Positions 50,601 to 64,000 of a stretch of DNA of 64,000 bases are shown here, piece after piece (position 1 is the first letter of the stretch; each line of letters opens with the position of its first letter). A program made the translations under genes and the position numbers. Source of the DNA: Paraspadella gotoi (taxonomy: Eukaryota > Animalia > Chaetognatha); NCBI GenBank assembly GCA_051294375.1, contig CM119268.1, positions 20,316,531 to 20,380,530 on the forward strand, read 5' to 3'. The notes beneath the pieces are model-generated. The model worked only from the letters and a program-made list of their open reading frames with translations. It was not told the origin of the DNA and did no database searches.

Positions 50601-53600
50601 TCTCTGGAAGGGTCTTAGGTAAGGTATACTTCATAAATGAGTAGCTGACATAAGTAAAATGACCAATCAAATAATTGATGAAATTAATTTTTTTAGATAT
50701 ATCATTAAGTACAAATTTAAGTCCGAACCCTGTATTTATGGAAAAATTTGGTTAATCTATGGCTATCCGTTATGAAACTAATTTTTTAAATATAATTACT
50801 CTGTTTTAATTACTAAATACTCAAACAGAATGTGAAAGCAAAAAAAATTTGAATATTTTTAAAACCTCTTATGTTTATTGTTTAAGGTGTATTCATAATT
50901 TTTTTAAAAAACATAAATATAATGCTCATAAATTAAGGCGAAAAAAGTATCTTTGGTTTTTGGCAGATTTTCAAGAAATGGTTTTTGGAAGCGATTTAAA
51001 TGACAATTTTTTTAAATTTTATAATAAAGGAATCTAATAAGCTTTATTTAGGCAATGTTTTTATTATGTCCTCTTTTTTTTTTTGCACAGGTCTGTATAT
51101 TACATTTATGAAATTGCTACAATCAATATGAAAAATATATATTCATTTAATAAATAAATTAATTTAATCTTGCCCTGATTTTGGACACACTGCTGGTTTA
51201 TGGCCTGCATCACTTCTAAAAGATTATAACATATCAGAACCTTATTTATTCACTTCTACAGTACCTGGCTTGCTTATTAATTAAGTGTAATAATATTTTA
51301 AAAAATGTTTTATTTGTAAAATATTATTCCTTTTGTCCTTTCTTACGTCTTAATCTCCAGTTGCAAGAAGACTCGGCCTTCGATCATTCTTCTTCCGCCG
51401 ACGAATCTCCCCGCCCGACACCCGCCCCCTCCCATACTCCATCCTCGCTCGACAAGCGGGCGACAGCGGCGAATCCCTCCGCCGTTCCCTCGCAGGTCGT
51501 TTTTGTCAACCACGCCTTTCAACACGACAACAGTAAGTAGCAGAGTATGATTGAATGATTGGTATATTCGATTTTTGTTTGATTTGATTGATTGACTGAT
51601 CAAATCGATTGATTGATTTAACTACAGAAAACTTCATTTTGTTACCAGAACACGCCCCGAGAAAACTCATACCAAATTTATTGAAATTTGATATGAACGA
51701 TCCCTATGTTAATACAAATAGAACTATCGAGGCGAATTTCAATATTTGACCCCTGAGCTGAGATATGGGGCCCCGGAGGGGTCACCCATAGGGGCAAAAA
51801 ATGGTCAAAAATTTTTATCGTCGCAATTGCTAAGCGTTTGCGACGATATTGTAACGCTTTTGCGCAGAAGTGGCGTCGTCGTCGTCGTTGTTGTTGTCAG
51901 CGTTCCAAATTATAGATCGCCTTTTTTATGATTAAATTTGGGTGTATGAAGCTGAAAATTTATATACAGCTTTTCATCTTCGATGTGCTTAAAATTGAGT
52001 CTGGACAGTTTTTAAATATGTTTTGTTTACGTTTTATTTTCAAAACTAACAAATTTTCTCTCTTTTATTTTCATATTTCTTTCTCTCTTCTTTTCTCTTT
52101 AATTACATGTTCCTCTCCCTCTCTCTTTTCCCTAGTCACTGATTCATAATCATAGGGGAAAAAAACGAGTCTGCAGCTGGCTCTGCAGGGGCTTATTCTT
52201 TTTCTCTCTTTTCTCTTGCTGCTTCTGCTGCTGCCTTTTGATTTCTTTTTTTTTCTGGGTGTCTTGCTGCCGCTGAAAAATGATTTGGCTGTTTCTTTTT
52301 CTTTCTCTCTCTCCTGAAATTAATTTTTTCCTCTCTAAAAACTTTTTATTATCGCCATTTATTCAAAATTTACATCCAGATTTCGTGGATTTTTTTCGTG
52401 GATTTTTTTTTTTTTTTAAATTTTCTTTATTTTTCTCAAATTTGATTGTTTGGTATATCAAAATTTGTCGTCAATCCAGATTTTCTTATGCAATTGTCAC
52501 GATCCTATTGCTTTTAAGATTTTTTTCAATTGTTGCACAGACGTTTACTCTTCCTCAAAAACGTATTTATTACCACCAAAATATTAGTTTACCTTAATTT
52601 CAGCTTCATGAACATCAGCTGTTCAAGTCAGATTTTGAATAATTTGGGAAAATTGGAAGTAAAACGATGAACCATGCATCTTCAAACCATGCTTATTGCT
52701 TAATTTTTGAAAATTTATTAATTTTAGTTCTAAATTTGTTTATATGTTTAAAACTACCAAAAAATTTTTAAAAAATGAAAAAATGAAATAGTATGGTGGA
52801 CTAAAATCCACCAACCGTTCATCAGCGGCCATTGGTGCCGGAGGCAAGTCATTCGCCTCCCAACCCAAAGGTCCGGGTTCTAGCCCGGTGTCGTCTGGCA
52901 GTTAAGAGGGACGGGGCGCTTAACCCGCCTGTAACATGGTGTTACACGCCTGATCCGAAGCTCAGGGACTGCTTATATTGAACGGTTCTGTCATTAACAC
53001 TTATCAATAATTACTGTCTCTTCATTGGTGAGCCCGACTTCCGAACACAACAGCAACAACAACACTTTCAGGCGACATGCCTCAACCTGGCGATGCACTT
53101 TCCGCCCACAACACATCAGGCAACATGCCTCAACTTGGTGACGAACTTTCCACCAACAACAATTCACTGAAGAGACGCAACAGACTTCTCCTACGGGAGG
53201 GGGGATGTATGGTGGACTAAAATCCACCAACGCGTTCATCTATCAGCGGCCATTGGTGCCGGAGGCAAGTCATTCGCCTCCCACCCAAAGGTCCGGAGTT
53301 CTAGCCCGGTGGTCGTCTGGCAGTTAAGAGGGACGGGGCGCTTAACCCGCCTGTAACATGGTGTTACAGCCTGATCCGAAGCTCAGGGACTGCTTATATG
53401 AACGGTTCTGTCATTGACACTTATCAATAATTACTGTCTCTTCAATAGATTAACTTAAAAAGAAAAATATTACGTAAAGATTTGTGCAAATGTTTGATGT
53501 GTGGCATTTGATTTCGACTGATGACGATGTGAGCGATGCACCCCTTTTCCTTCCCCAGCATCCGCCCAGCTTTCCTCCACCCCCGCTCCTCGAGTGATAG

Positions 53601-54805
53601 TGACTCAACCCAACGGAGTCACCGCCACCCACCCCACGGCCACCATCGTCCAACCCCGGGCGTCGTCTCATGAACTCAGCCGCGCTCTCAAGGAAAAGGA
53701 CATCGTCTTCCTCCAAGTCTTCGCCGCGATGGTCTGCATCTGCTTTCCGTTTACGGGTAAAGGGAGGGAGTGTGTACGCTGTACGGGGAAGGTCAGGAGC
53801 GACGATTTTAAAATTTGAAAATAAATATACAAAATATCAAATAGTTACAGTAGTAAGTTAGCGATCCGCGCGAAAAATCTGAGACGGTTGACAAGGGGAA
53901 AAAAAAAGTCGCTCACTGCCCTTTTCCCTGCCTTCCCCCGCCTTCCTTCCACCTTTCCCCTGGCCCACTCTCAGGCGTGATCGCCATTCTTCATTCCGTC
54001 AACACCAGCAAGTATTACAAAGAAGGGAAGATGGACTTGGCGCTCAAGTTTGCGCAAAAAGCCGAAAGGTTCATCCTTTGCACCATAATTTTGGGCTTCA
54101 TGTTTCTCGTTCTTTTGATCGCCATCATTGAAGCGGCCGTCAACAAGAAAGACTTTAGCGATTGGTCGGCGCGCGGGACGACCGTGGGTTAGCGATGAAA
54201 GACCATATCCACGCATGCGCATCACGGGATGCCGTTTCGAAAAACAAAATTACATTCGACGCCCCCCTTTCGTCTTTGTATTTCGCTAAATACGTTGATA
54301 ACTTTAATTGTAACTGCCTGTCGTTATTTTATATTCTTTTTAACTTGGTATGTAATAAAAGGATGTTCGTAATTTTGAATTGTTTTTTTTTGTGAGAGTT
54401 GTTGGGGAGCCGTCTCAGATTTTTTTTTTTGTCAGAAGAGATAGCAGATGCTGAAAGTTATAACGTAATACCATTTAACTTATATTACTTATTATTCACT
54501 AAAATATAATAACCGAGAAATACCCCCCCCTTGCCCCCAACTCTCCCGTTCTCGTCTCCTCAAATCCTCCAGGCGTCATCGCCGTTGCGCATTCCTTCAG
54601 GTCCAAGCGCCTCTTCGACGCTGGCGAGATCCAAGAGGCCGTCAAGTTCGCCTCTAAGGCGGAGCGCTTCATCCTCTGCACCATCATCCTCAGCTTCCTC
54701 TTCCTCGTGATGCTCATCGCCGTCGTCGAAGCCTCCGTCAACCGAGAGGAGTTCGAATTCGAGGGATGGCGGGATTGGCCCGCGGGCGGCCACATGATGG
54801 GATGA
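47620..54805 (+). CDS. CD225/dispanin-family (PRRT/SynDIG/IFITM-like) membrane protein with two alternative terminal exons
   Basis: Exons 47620-47727, 51361-51532 and 53559-53756, then 53975-54192 or 54573-54805. A low-complexity N-terminus is followed by VFAAMVCICFPFTG-VIAI..S...(A.KFA.KAERF) and a TM helix, the typical CD225 layout. Confidence 0.8.
47885..48600. repeat. Long foldback palindrome (~350-bp arms)
   Basis: 47887 onward is the reverse complement of 48598 backward, centred near 48250. Confidence 0.8.
49091..49205. mobile_element. Short palindromic insertion of the same type (no hammerhead core retained)
   Basis: Inverted arms containing AAAAATCGTTG, a CAACGAAAAGA tail, and a 14-bp TSD TGATATAATTTTTA at 49077-49090 and 49206-49219. 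Confidence 0.6.
49562..51096. mobile_element. Tc1/mariner-like MITE (a related left end lies at 47780)
   Basis: TA-CAGTCCTGTGTAACAAAA ... TTTTTTGCACAGGTCTG-TA. Confidence 0.55.
52898..52972 (+). ncRNA. Twister ribozyme motif, type P5 (LTR1)
   Basis: GCAGT..AGAGG-GACGG-GGCGCT-TAA-CCC-GCC-[TGTAAC/GTTACA hairpin]-CCTGA-TCCGAAGC-TCAGG-GACTGC matches the twister consensus order. Predicted cleavage U|A at 52921/52922. Confidence 0.8.
53320..53392 (+). ncRNA. Twister ribozyme motif, type P5 (LTR2)
   Basis: Same motif, intact; predicted cleavage at 53343/53344. Confidence 0.82.
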
Positions 54806-55089
54806 AAAAGGGGTTGTTGATGTGCTGGGGGGGGGGTAAAGAAACTGTCGCCTCCGGAACAAATCAAGTTTTTATTTAAAATTTTAAAACAAAAAAATGA
54901 CAAAAACAACAAAAGTTGATATGCGATTGGAATTCTGTAGCGTACTTGACAATTTAGCTGAATTTACACGGCTTGGGCGAAAACGTTATTTTTGGAATTA
55001 CAGTTTTGTCGATCATATTTGTTCACCATTTTACATATGTATTTTTACACCAAAAATAAACAATGCTTTTAAATTTGAAACTAATTTGA

Positions 55090-57262
55090 CTAAAAAGGCG
55101 CAAATGGGAGATTTTTCGTGGGTTGGAGCCAATTGTCTTCGTCCCAAATCGTGTCGTCTTGCTCCACCACGTGAAAAGTGTAAATGTTCCGTGATCGAGT
55201 CTCTGATCTGCAAAAGAAAGGGGCAGAAAAGTTAATCCGTTTAATCAAATCAAGCGGGTTTGTGCGACTGTGTGTGTTCGCCGAGCCTTCGATTTTAACC
55301 GACTATGTATCTCGTTCAAGCGGCATCTTTTCTAAAGACTTCTTTGAAGCGAAACTTAACTAACGCTTAATGTAGTCTCAGTATGATATGAACTCTTTCT
55401 AGTAATCTAGTTATATGTAATTTGGTTTTTTTGGTGGGTGATTGAAGGAGTGTCCGCGATTTTCGACTAACGATTGCCTACATTCATTCACTTAAAAAAG
55501 CTATAAGTAAAATCTTTGAAAAAACTAAAACTTGTTGGCTTTCGGGACATCCGCGACTGAGTCATTGATTATTGAGCAAAATGAAGAATAGTGAAGAGGT
55601 TAGTTTTCGAAAAGTTGAATAAATGACTCAAAACTCTCGAAAATTGAAACGGGCTCGAACGAAAACTGTTTTTATTTTTCGGCCATGTTGAAATGAAGAA
55701 ATAAAAGGATTTGAAACGTGCGCCCGCATCGAATGATTCCCCGCCGACGCTTCCGAACGGTTCTTTCTGTTTATGCTCATCTCGTTGATTCGTTCTCTTG
55801 GAAATGCTTGAGATTAAACGCCGATTCATCAACCACCTGTTGGGTTCGCTCTTGTGGACAACGAGGCCGTGGATGACGATGGCGTCTCCCGCTTTGACCG
55901 GGACCGGAACAAAGTCTTCGTCAAAGTATTCCGGATGCGGACCCGTCGACTTGGTCATGCATCCTGCGGTGGAGATTGCAAGGGAAGTTCAGAAAATTGT
56001 AAAAACAAAAAAAAATATTTTCTTTTTTCGAAGTAAATTATGAAATTGCTTCACCAACGTGCACACTTTTTAGCTTTGGATCAAACATCGTGAATTAGAC
56101 TAAGACTAGTACTCGGGAATTGAATTGTCACCTATCTCATGAAGCTAAGCTCACCCTCTTTCTCCACGTCCTCCGGTCGAACTTTGACGAATCTCACTGG
56201 AACGTCTCCCTTCGCTTCGATGAGCTTGTGACTTCCGGGATAGAACCACAAGCAAGAGTTTTCAAGGTCGGCATCCTCAAGGGCAATCCAGATGCCTGAG
56301 AGAGTAAGAAGAAAATTATTTTCAATTTTAACAATGTTTTTCAACAATTGAACTACTGGTACATTCCATGCAAAAACTACATTTCTTAAGGCTAACCTAA
56401 GACCCTTCCCATGGGTCGCGTGTAGAGGTAAGTCGAGTCGATATGCTGCCCAACCGCTCCACCAATCTTGGCTTGCTTGAAAATGATCATGCTCTGGCAG
56501 ACGGCCGGGCGTCGCATGCCGAGTCGATCCACGACCGACTTGATTCGATCGTCGAAGGTGAACCTGTTGAACGTCGTCACATTTCAGACCAATAGGGCAG
56601 AAATCACTGCAAGGAGCTCGAAGAAAAGATCACGACGTCTTTACTTTTTGAAAGTGGGTTCGAGTGCATGGAGTGCATGTCCGATCTTGTTGAGAGACTT
56701 GAACTTGTCCATGCCTTTCTTGAGCCGGCCGTCGTCGTCGGCTGCTTCAATCTCGTAAAAGTAGCGGATTTTGTCTCCGCTTGTGAGAAAGTATTCGTTC
56801 CTGTCTGAAGACGAGTGTAACTGGAGAATATATTGGATCTCAGATGCCTTATATTACTTATTACTTATATTACTTCAAAGCGTCCTTTGAATTTGTTCAC
56901 TCATTTAATGTTGACTCGATGGCTAAATTTTATTTTTATTATTTGTGAAGTAATTTTTGATTGTTGGAGATTCTCCAGATTAGTGAGTGGTTAGAAGGTA
57001 ATGGGGATACGTGGTAGTTTGATTTAGGAGATGGTTACAGTTTTAAGCGAAACGTCGAGTCCATAACTCCCATTTATTAAATGATTTAACCTATCTGCTC
57101 TCCCAGAGTCTTGAAGACGGGCGCCCGTTCCACTTCTGGATTGAGGGTTTCCACGAGGCCGTGGCAAGCCGTCTTCATCTCGACCACCTCCGCCGACGTG
57201 AAGAGGTCTCTCAGGACGAGGAATCCGTCTCGATGAAAGGCCTCTGCTTCGACGTCGCTCAT
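55090..57262 (-). CDS. PHYHD1: Phytanoyl-CoA dioxygenase domain-containing protein 1
   Basis: Exons approx. 57262-57091, 56804-56645, 56564-56396, 56296-56155, 55963-55837, 55207-55090. Motifs FHRDGFLV, YFLTSGDKIRYF, SLNKIGHALH, QSMIIFKQ, HxD (QHIDSTYL), IWIALEDA, VVHKS and terminal NWLQPT. Confidence 0.92.
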
Positions 57263-57404
57263 GGTGCCGGGTGAGAGAAAACCTGTTCAATTCTGGAAGA
57301 AAATAATATAAAACGATAAGACTGATAAGTGAGTTCGACTTAAGACCAAAATTGTTTGGGATAAATTATACTTTGGCATATTTTGAAAAATCATTTAAAA
57401 ATAT

Positions 57405-58165
57405 TTTTTATCGCTTTGCGTTTGCGACGATTTTGCTGTGGTTTTGCACATAAGTGGCGTCGTCGTTGTCGTCGGCGGCGTTCCAAATTATACTATAATT
57501 TATAGATCGCCTTTTTATGATTAAATTTGGGTGTATGAAGCTGAAAATTTATATACAGCTTCTCATCATTGATGTGCTTAAAATTGAGTCTGGACAGTTA
57601 TTAAATATGTTTTGTTTACGTTCATCAAAACAAACAAATTTTCTCTTTTATTTTTATATTTCTTTCTCTCTCTCTCTCTTCTCTTTTAATTACATCTCTC
57701 TCCCTCTCTCTTTTCTCGAGTTACTGATTCATAGGGAAAAAAACGAGTCTGCAACTGGCTCTGCAAGGGCTTATTCTTTTTCTCTCTTTTCTCTTGCTGC
57801 TTCTGCCTTTTGATTTTTTCTTTTTTTTCTCTCTCTCTCTCTGCGTTTTTATTAAAAAAAATTGAAATAGGATTGAACTCGTAAAATTAGGCATCGCATT
57901 CGTCATGTTATCATTTTGCTATCGCAACATCAGGTTTTTATTTTTTTATTTTTTTTTCTCAGGGGCTGCGTCTGCTGATTAATTTAATTTTTGACAATGA
58001 AAATTTTTTTTTTTAGAAACTAACTTTAATTTATAAATATAATTTTTCTTTCTGTTTATAAATTAATTTCTTTTTTCAAATTTTCTTTTTTTTAGTATCA
58101 AAATTTGTCGTCATTCCAGATTTTTCTTATGCGATTGCGACGATCCTTATGCTTTTAAGATTTTT
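57405..58165 (+). mobile_element. Helentron-associated DINE/HINE-like family A (other copies 13557-14802, 26508-27316, 42445-44256, 51813-52527)
   Basis: Five homologous copies. The 5' subTIR ATCGTCGCAATCGC has an adjacent inverted copy (best seen at 13563); the 3' subTIR GCGATTGCGACGAT is followed by a short hairpin CTTATGCTTTTAAG. Copies carry internal (GTC)n and CT-rich microsatellites and sit in T runs without TSD. Confidence 0.75.
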
Positions 58166-60339
58166 ATATATAGAAAAAACATGTTTTATATAACCTATTC
58201 AGAGATGACGATTTCAATCACCAATTTTTTTTATGGCTGCCTACACTACGCCACGCTAATTTTTGTCGTGTCGTAAACACACTTGGAAAAGAAGGGAAAG
58301 GAAAAACAATATTTTTATGTTATAAAAGTTACAAAATTATTTGTTTCACTATCTTTATTTTTTATTTTTTAGATTTAAAATTATCATTTATGATTTTATT
58401 TATTTATTAAAATATTTTTATGTTAAATATTTAAATATATTATTATTTATCTGTTTGGGATGGGGAGGTTAGTGTTGTCTTCTGGAAATAGAGGGATAAT
58501 TTTTTGGGGGATTAAGGTTATATTTGTGGGATTTGATCCCGGTTATCCCACATATTGTATGATTATTTTTACTATAAGGATAAGACTATGTAGTAGAATT
58601 GTATGTTCTGATAGGGATACATAATGGGGAAAGTTTTATAGGGGCACCTTTATATTTAGAATATAATTTTAAAGTATATGTTAAATTATTTTTTTTCTTA
58701 AAATTTTTTTATATATATTTTATATCGTTTTTTAAGTAAAATAAAAAGGTCATCAGTTGGGAACCTCTACCCTTCATGGATCTCGCTCTTTAATCCCAAT
58801 ATCCAGGTATTGGCGAGCCATCACCAAATGGTGATCCTTACATACTATATTTTGAATATTTTATGAAAGGGCGGGAATTGAATAAGTCAACTGTATCTTA
58901 TTATATTTTTTAAACGTTAGCAATTGGGTTAAGGTTAGGGATTAAGGGTGGTTAGGGATTTGTAATAAAAAAATTGTTTACCCTTACCAGTATCTTTTTT
59001 TTATTTTTGCGTAGCGAGATTTCTATGTCGCTCTTAAAAAAAACCTACCGCAAAATCCCAGTCGGCGAATGTAAAAATAAGCCATTTTATTTTTTAATGG
59101 ATGGTTAATTTTTATATTGGTTGTACCAATTTTCATAAATCAACTGCAATGTCTCCAAATCGAATTCCGAAAAGGCTAGCACTTTCCTAAAGGAGTGTCA
59201 ACCGAAAAAACGAGCAACCAGTTAAGTTCGTACCAAAAAATATTAAAAACAAAAAAGTAAAATATTAAATCAAAGTCGGCCTCTTAAAAAGATGCTCTTT
59301 CTTTCCTATTTTAAAGAGGAAGCGAATCTGGTTTCTTTCACCTCCGGCGATTATTATTCAAACTGAATTGAACTTTGGAGTTCAAACTTCAAAGATCGAC
59401 TCCTCCTTCGATGCTCATTTATTCATTTCCACGTTTTTCTTTTTCTCTTCGCTTCCTCTTTTTCCCGTCGCGAGCGCCACCGTCGGCGAAGTCACCTTTC
59501 GAAAAAAAGAACGCTCCGCGACGCGCCCCTTTTCCTCGGCACGATCTGTTGTCCACGACTAAACGGCCCTCGCCAAGTCACGCGGCGTCGATTCCCCACG
59601 ACGGGGGCGCCGATTCACCGACGACGGACTGGGGCGTGCCTCTCTGGCGTCATCGCCTTCGTCGCCCCGCATCGTCCGCGTTTTTTCTCTTCCTTTTCGT
59701 TACAAATCCGATGACATTCCTTCCCCGTGAATTGAATCGGCGGCGGCGGCAGGTTTCTTTTTCGAAACCATCGATTCTGAGTCAGAGGCCGGAATCGAGT
59801 TGTTGTGATGATTTCGGTGGAAAGAAAAATCAAATATATGTGGGTTTCGTGGCTCTCGTTTTTAATTTCCTCTGTTTTTTTGTTGTATCTTTACTTGTAT
59901 TTTTAATTTGTGAAAATTGTGATCGATCAACTCGTGCCATTTTGTACTCGGCAAGAGTTTTGAGTGTCGTCGTTTATTTAACATTTTTTTTCGTGATTGT
60001 GAAAATTTTTTTTTTTTCACTCCGTGATTCCCTTGATTTACTCAGATAATCAAACCCCGAAGAATGTCGCCGTTGAGTCGCGGCGGTGGATGAAGGGACG
60101 GACGACGTATAAAACTCTTTGCGTGTTGTCGTCGTCGTCGTCGCAGCGACAGATCTATCCGCGTCGGAACAGAAACGAGACTCCGTCGCCGCGGAGGAGA
60201 AAGGATAAGGGGGCGTGACGCTTCCCTGCGCCGGAAACGAAAGGGACGATTGACGACGACGACGCGTTTTGTCTCAACTTCTTTCAATCGGTAGTGTCCA
60301 TCTTTCTTGCCGCTCCCACCCGTCCTCACGAACTAGTGA

Positions 60340-61299
<960 letters not shown>

Positions 61300-63846
61300 A
61301 AAAGGGGGGGGGGAGGAAAGAATTTTTTTTTTGGGGGGGGAGCGTTGGTTGGGATGGAAAAAGGACACTTTTTTTCTTGGCCACGCCCATAGTTATTTTA
61401 TCCCCTTCCACGCACGACGTTCCCTCACTCGCCTCCCTTTTTCGATTTTTCTTTTGACCCTTTTTGGCCCTGGTGGGGCGTGGGAGGGAAGGAGGGATGG
61501 GGCAAATAGGGTCGAAGGGATTATTTTAGGGATTATTTTATTTCATTTAAGATTTCTTTTTTTCATGGCAAATTTTTTTTCGCTTTCATCGGTTAAGTCT
61601 TTTTATTTTAATTGGTCGTCATCCTCACATAATTCAGTTATGTTTAAAAAAAACTAAAGTAAACATAACTGTTTTCACATTGTCAGTTTTTTTTTATTAT
61701 TATTATTATTATCGCAAGTTGTTATTGTTTATGGTCCGTCAAAGGTGTGATTTTTGGATCATATTTGGTCAGCTTTGATGGAATGGATTTTTGATTAGAG
61801 AAAGAACGAGACTGTGCCAACCTACGAGGAGTTTTGATTTTTATCTTTTTAATACCGCAGAAGCGTAACGTAGTTCAAATGTAAAAATAATTTGGTTATT
61901 CTACTAAAAAAATTTTTAACAATTATTCTTTGAGTTTAATGAAATTCTTAGCGGCCCAATCATTGGGTTCTTCATAATATTTTTTATAAAAAAATTCTCC
62001 TTAATATGATTAAATACAGCGTTAGTTGGCGTTATAATAATATTATACCGGTTTTCTTTTATAAATAATGGTGTTTTCGGTGTTTTGCAAGTGCCATTCT
62101 AAATTTTTACTAAAGTAATCTTTCCCGTTTATATACATTTATCGTGAAACTTTTAAAAGGTTATAACTTACGTAACTTTGGCTCAAAAAAACCAAATGCT
62201 GTTGGAGAAACTGTTCGTTCGATATTGTCTGTTATGATCCAGTGTTTTGGAAGAGGCCAATATAAGATCCTGTGCGGGTTTGTTTATATTTTGTTTTAAG
62301 CTAAACGAAGAACCAACAACGTTGGTTTTTGTGTCGGGGTCGGTTTTTTTTTGTCGAGTCTTACGCAGCATAATTTGATGGACCTCTTCTCTTTACTCCC
62401 TTATACATAACAAGATTTTTCTTCAACGCCAAATGTAGAAAAAAAAACAACAAAAAATTCCTTCTGTGATATTATTCGTTTTTAATGTTCGAAATTTGTA
62501 TGCTATTGTTAGTTTTTCGTGCTCGTCGCCAGCACAATGCCAAAGCTTATTTCGCATCAGTCGTCCTGTAAAATGAAAAGCTAAAAAATCCTTGGATATC
62601 GCATGCACGCCCTACTCCAGGAATCGTCCACGAGTACGAGACCTCATGCTTTATTTTTAATTTTCCTACTTCGAATTTTACATTAAAAAAGCAAGCAAAA
62701 CTATCGGTAACACATTTTGGCTAATTTGTCGTTATTAAAATGAGAAGATTGTACTGACGCCATGTTTTATTTATCTTTTTTTATGCTAACAAATTCCCGT
62801 AACGGCGGCAATACTCTTATTTAAATATTCAGCTTTTTAATGTAATTTCCAGAATATTTTTTCAATTTTTTTAATTTTTTTGGGCCCAATTCAAAGGGCG
62901 ACGCCGATAATATAAGGGATAAAACTACCACTGATTTAGGGAACCGTTGGAAGAGGTGTGATGTTTATCAGTTTGGAATATAAAAAACAAAGGATTTAAG
63001 TGTTTAGAGATTCGAGTGCAAAGGAGAAAAAAAAGGATAAAAAGGGAAATGTAGTTTGGAGAGGAATCGACTTTTCTAACCTAGGCTTGTAGAGGCAACA
63101 ACGCTTCACGTCGACCAGTCGAGCAAACTTTTTTTTGGCGAGATGATGTGCAAAGAATCTTATTGCCTCTGTTTATTTTTATTAGTGTTTTTTTTTTCTC
63201 TTGTCCTCGCAGCAGTTTTCTTACTACTTTAGGTGCCAACAAACGATTGTATTATGATACAACTCGTTAGTTTAACCAAATTATTATTACTATCGTTACA
63301 TTTTTTTTAAAAAACATTCCATTCTGAAACTTGGCATAAACTTGTCCTTGTATAGTATATTTATAGGAAAAAAACTAAAATTCTTCACGGGGAAAACTTA
63401 TATTTTTTTGACATTCAGTGTAAAAGATACATTTAAAAAAATTGCCCTAGTCCATTATAATTTTAAAAAAAAATTCATTCCTTGGTAATGATAGCGTTTT
63501 CACGCAGTCTCCGTAGCCCTATTGATAAAACAAACAAAAAATTTGCTACTTTGTAAATAAGTCTCTCGGTGTCGAAAAAAATCCTTAGATGTTAGAAACA
63601 TTATAATGATATTATCATTGAAAAAAAAACAGGTGTATTCGTTTCGATAGAAATAAAAAACACAAAAAAGCGGAGCTTCCAAGAAACCTCAACGCCCGAA
63701 TATTCTACGAAGTGACGGGAGAAAAATTCTTCGACGAGGATTTCCTCTCCGTTTCTATCAGCGTCTCCATTTCGCTCGCGATCAAGACAATCCTCTAGCA
63801 CTCCATCTTCCACCCGTGCGGACCAAAGACTCGAACTTCCTCGTGA

Positions 63847-63999
<153 letters not shown>

Positions 64000-64000
64000 G

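Larger units (their letters stand above)
52791..53444 (+). mobile_element. Complete miniature LTR retroelement (TRIM/retrozyme-like), family 1, with tRNA-like cassette and twister motif in each LTR
   Basis: LTR1 52791-53024 ends in CTCTTCA; PBS TGGTGAGCCCGAC at 53026-53038; ~180-bp non-coding interior; PPT GGGAGGGGGGA at 53195-53205; LTR2 TGTATGG...CTTCA at 53206-53444. Probable TSD ATAG (the first base(s) of LTR1 are irregular). Confidence 0.88.

Noticed and set aside
52824-52895. Functional tRNA gene or simple tRNA-SINE interpretation of the A/B-box segments
   Set aside because: The cloverleaf is degenerate. The segments are embedded in TG..CA repeats with PBS, PPT and 4-bp TSD, and have no poly(A) or simple-repeat tail.
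56132-56155. Apparent premature TAG in PHYHD1
   Set aside because: A GTGAGC donor upstream removes it and the next exon continues in frame.

Overview
AT-rich, intron-containing eukaryotic DNA, most likely from an invertebrate animal. Recognisable genes are RTCB (9 exons), an Ulp1/SENP-type SUMO protease, a CD225/dispanin membrane-protein gene with duplicated last exons, PHYHD1 (- strand), intronless ARF6, the first exon of RAP1, a C2H2 zinc-finger gene and one unidentified multi-exon gene. Introns and spacers are filled with nested non-autonomous mobile DNA: Helentron/DINE-like elements, Tc1/mariner-, Harbinger- and Kolobok-like MITEs, foldbacks, a DIRS-type element and Penelope-type hammerhead palindromes. 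The main observation is a set of five sequence-divergent families of ~240-260 bp LTRs. Each carries a tRNA-like Pol III A/B-box cassette followed by a circularly permuted (type-P5) twister ribozyme motif whose pseudoknot co-varies between families. Three loci have the form LTR-short internal region-LTR with a PPT, two of them with the same tRNA-Trp-like PBS, and 4-bp TSDs flank some copies. This looks like an animal LTR 'retrozyme' using twister instead of hammerhead. All calls were made by eye; no searches or folding programs were run.
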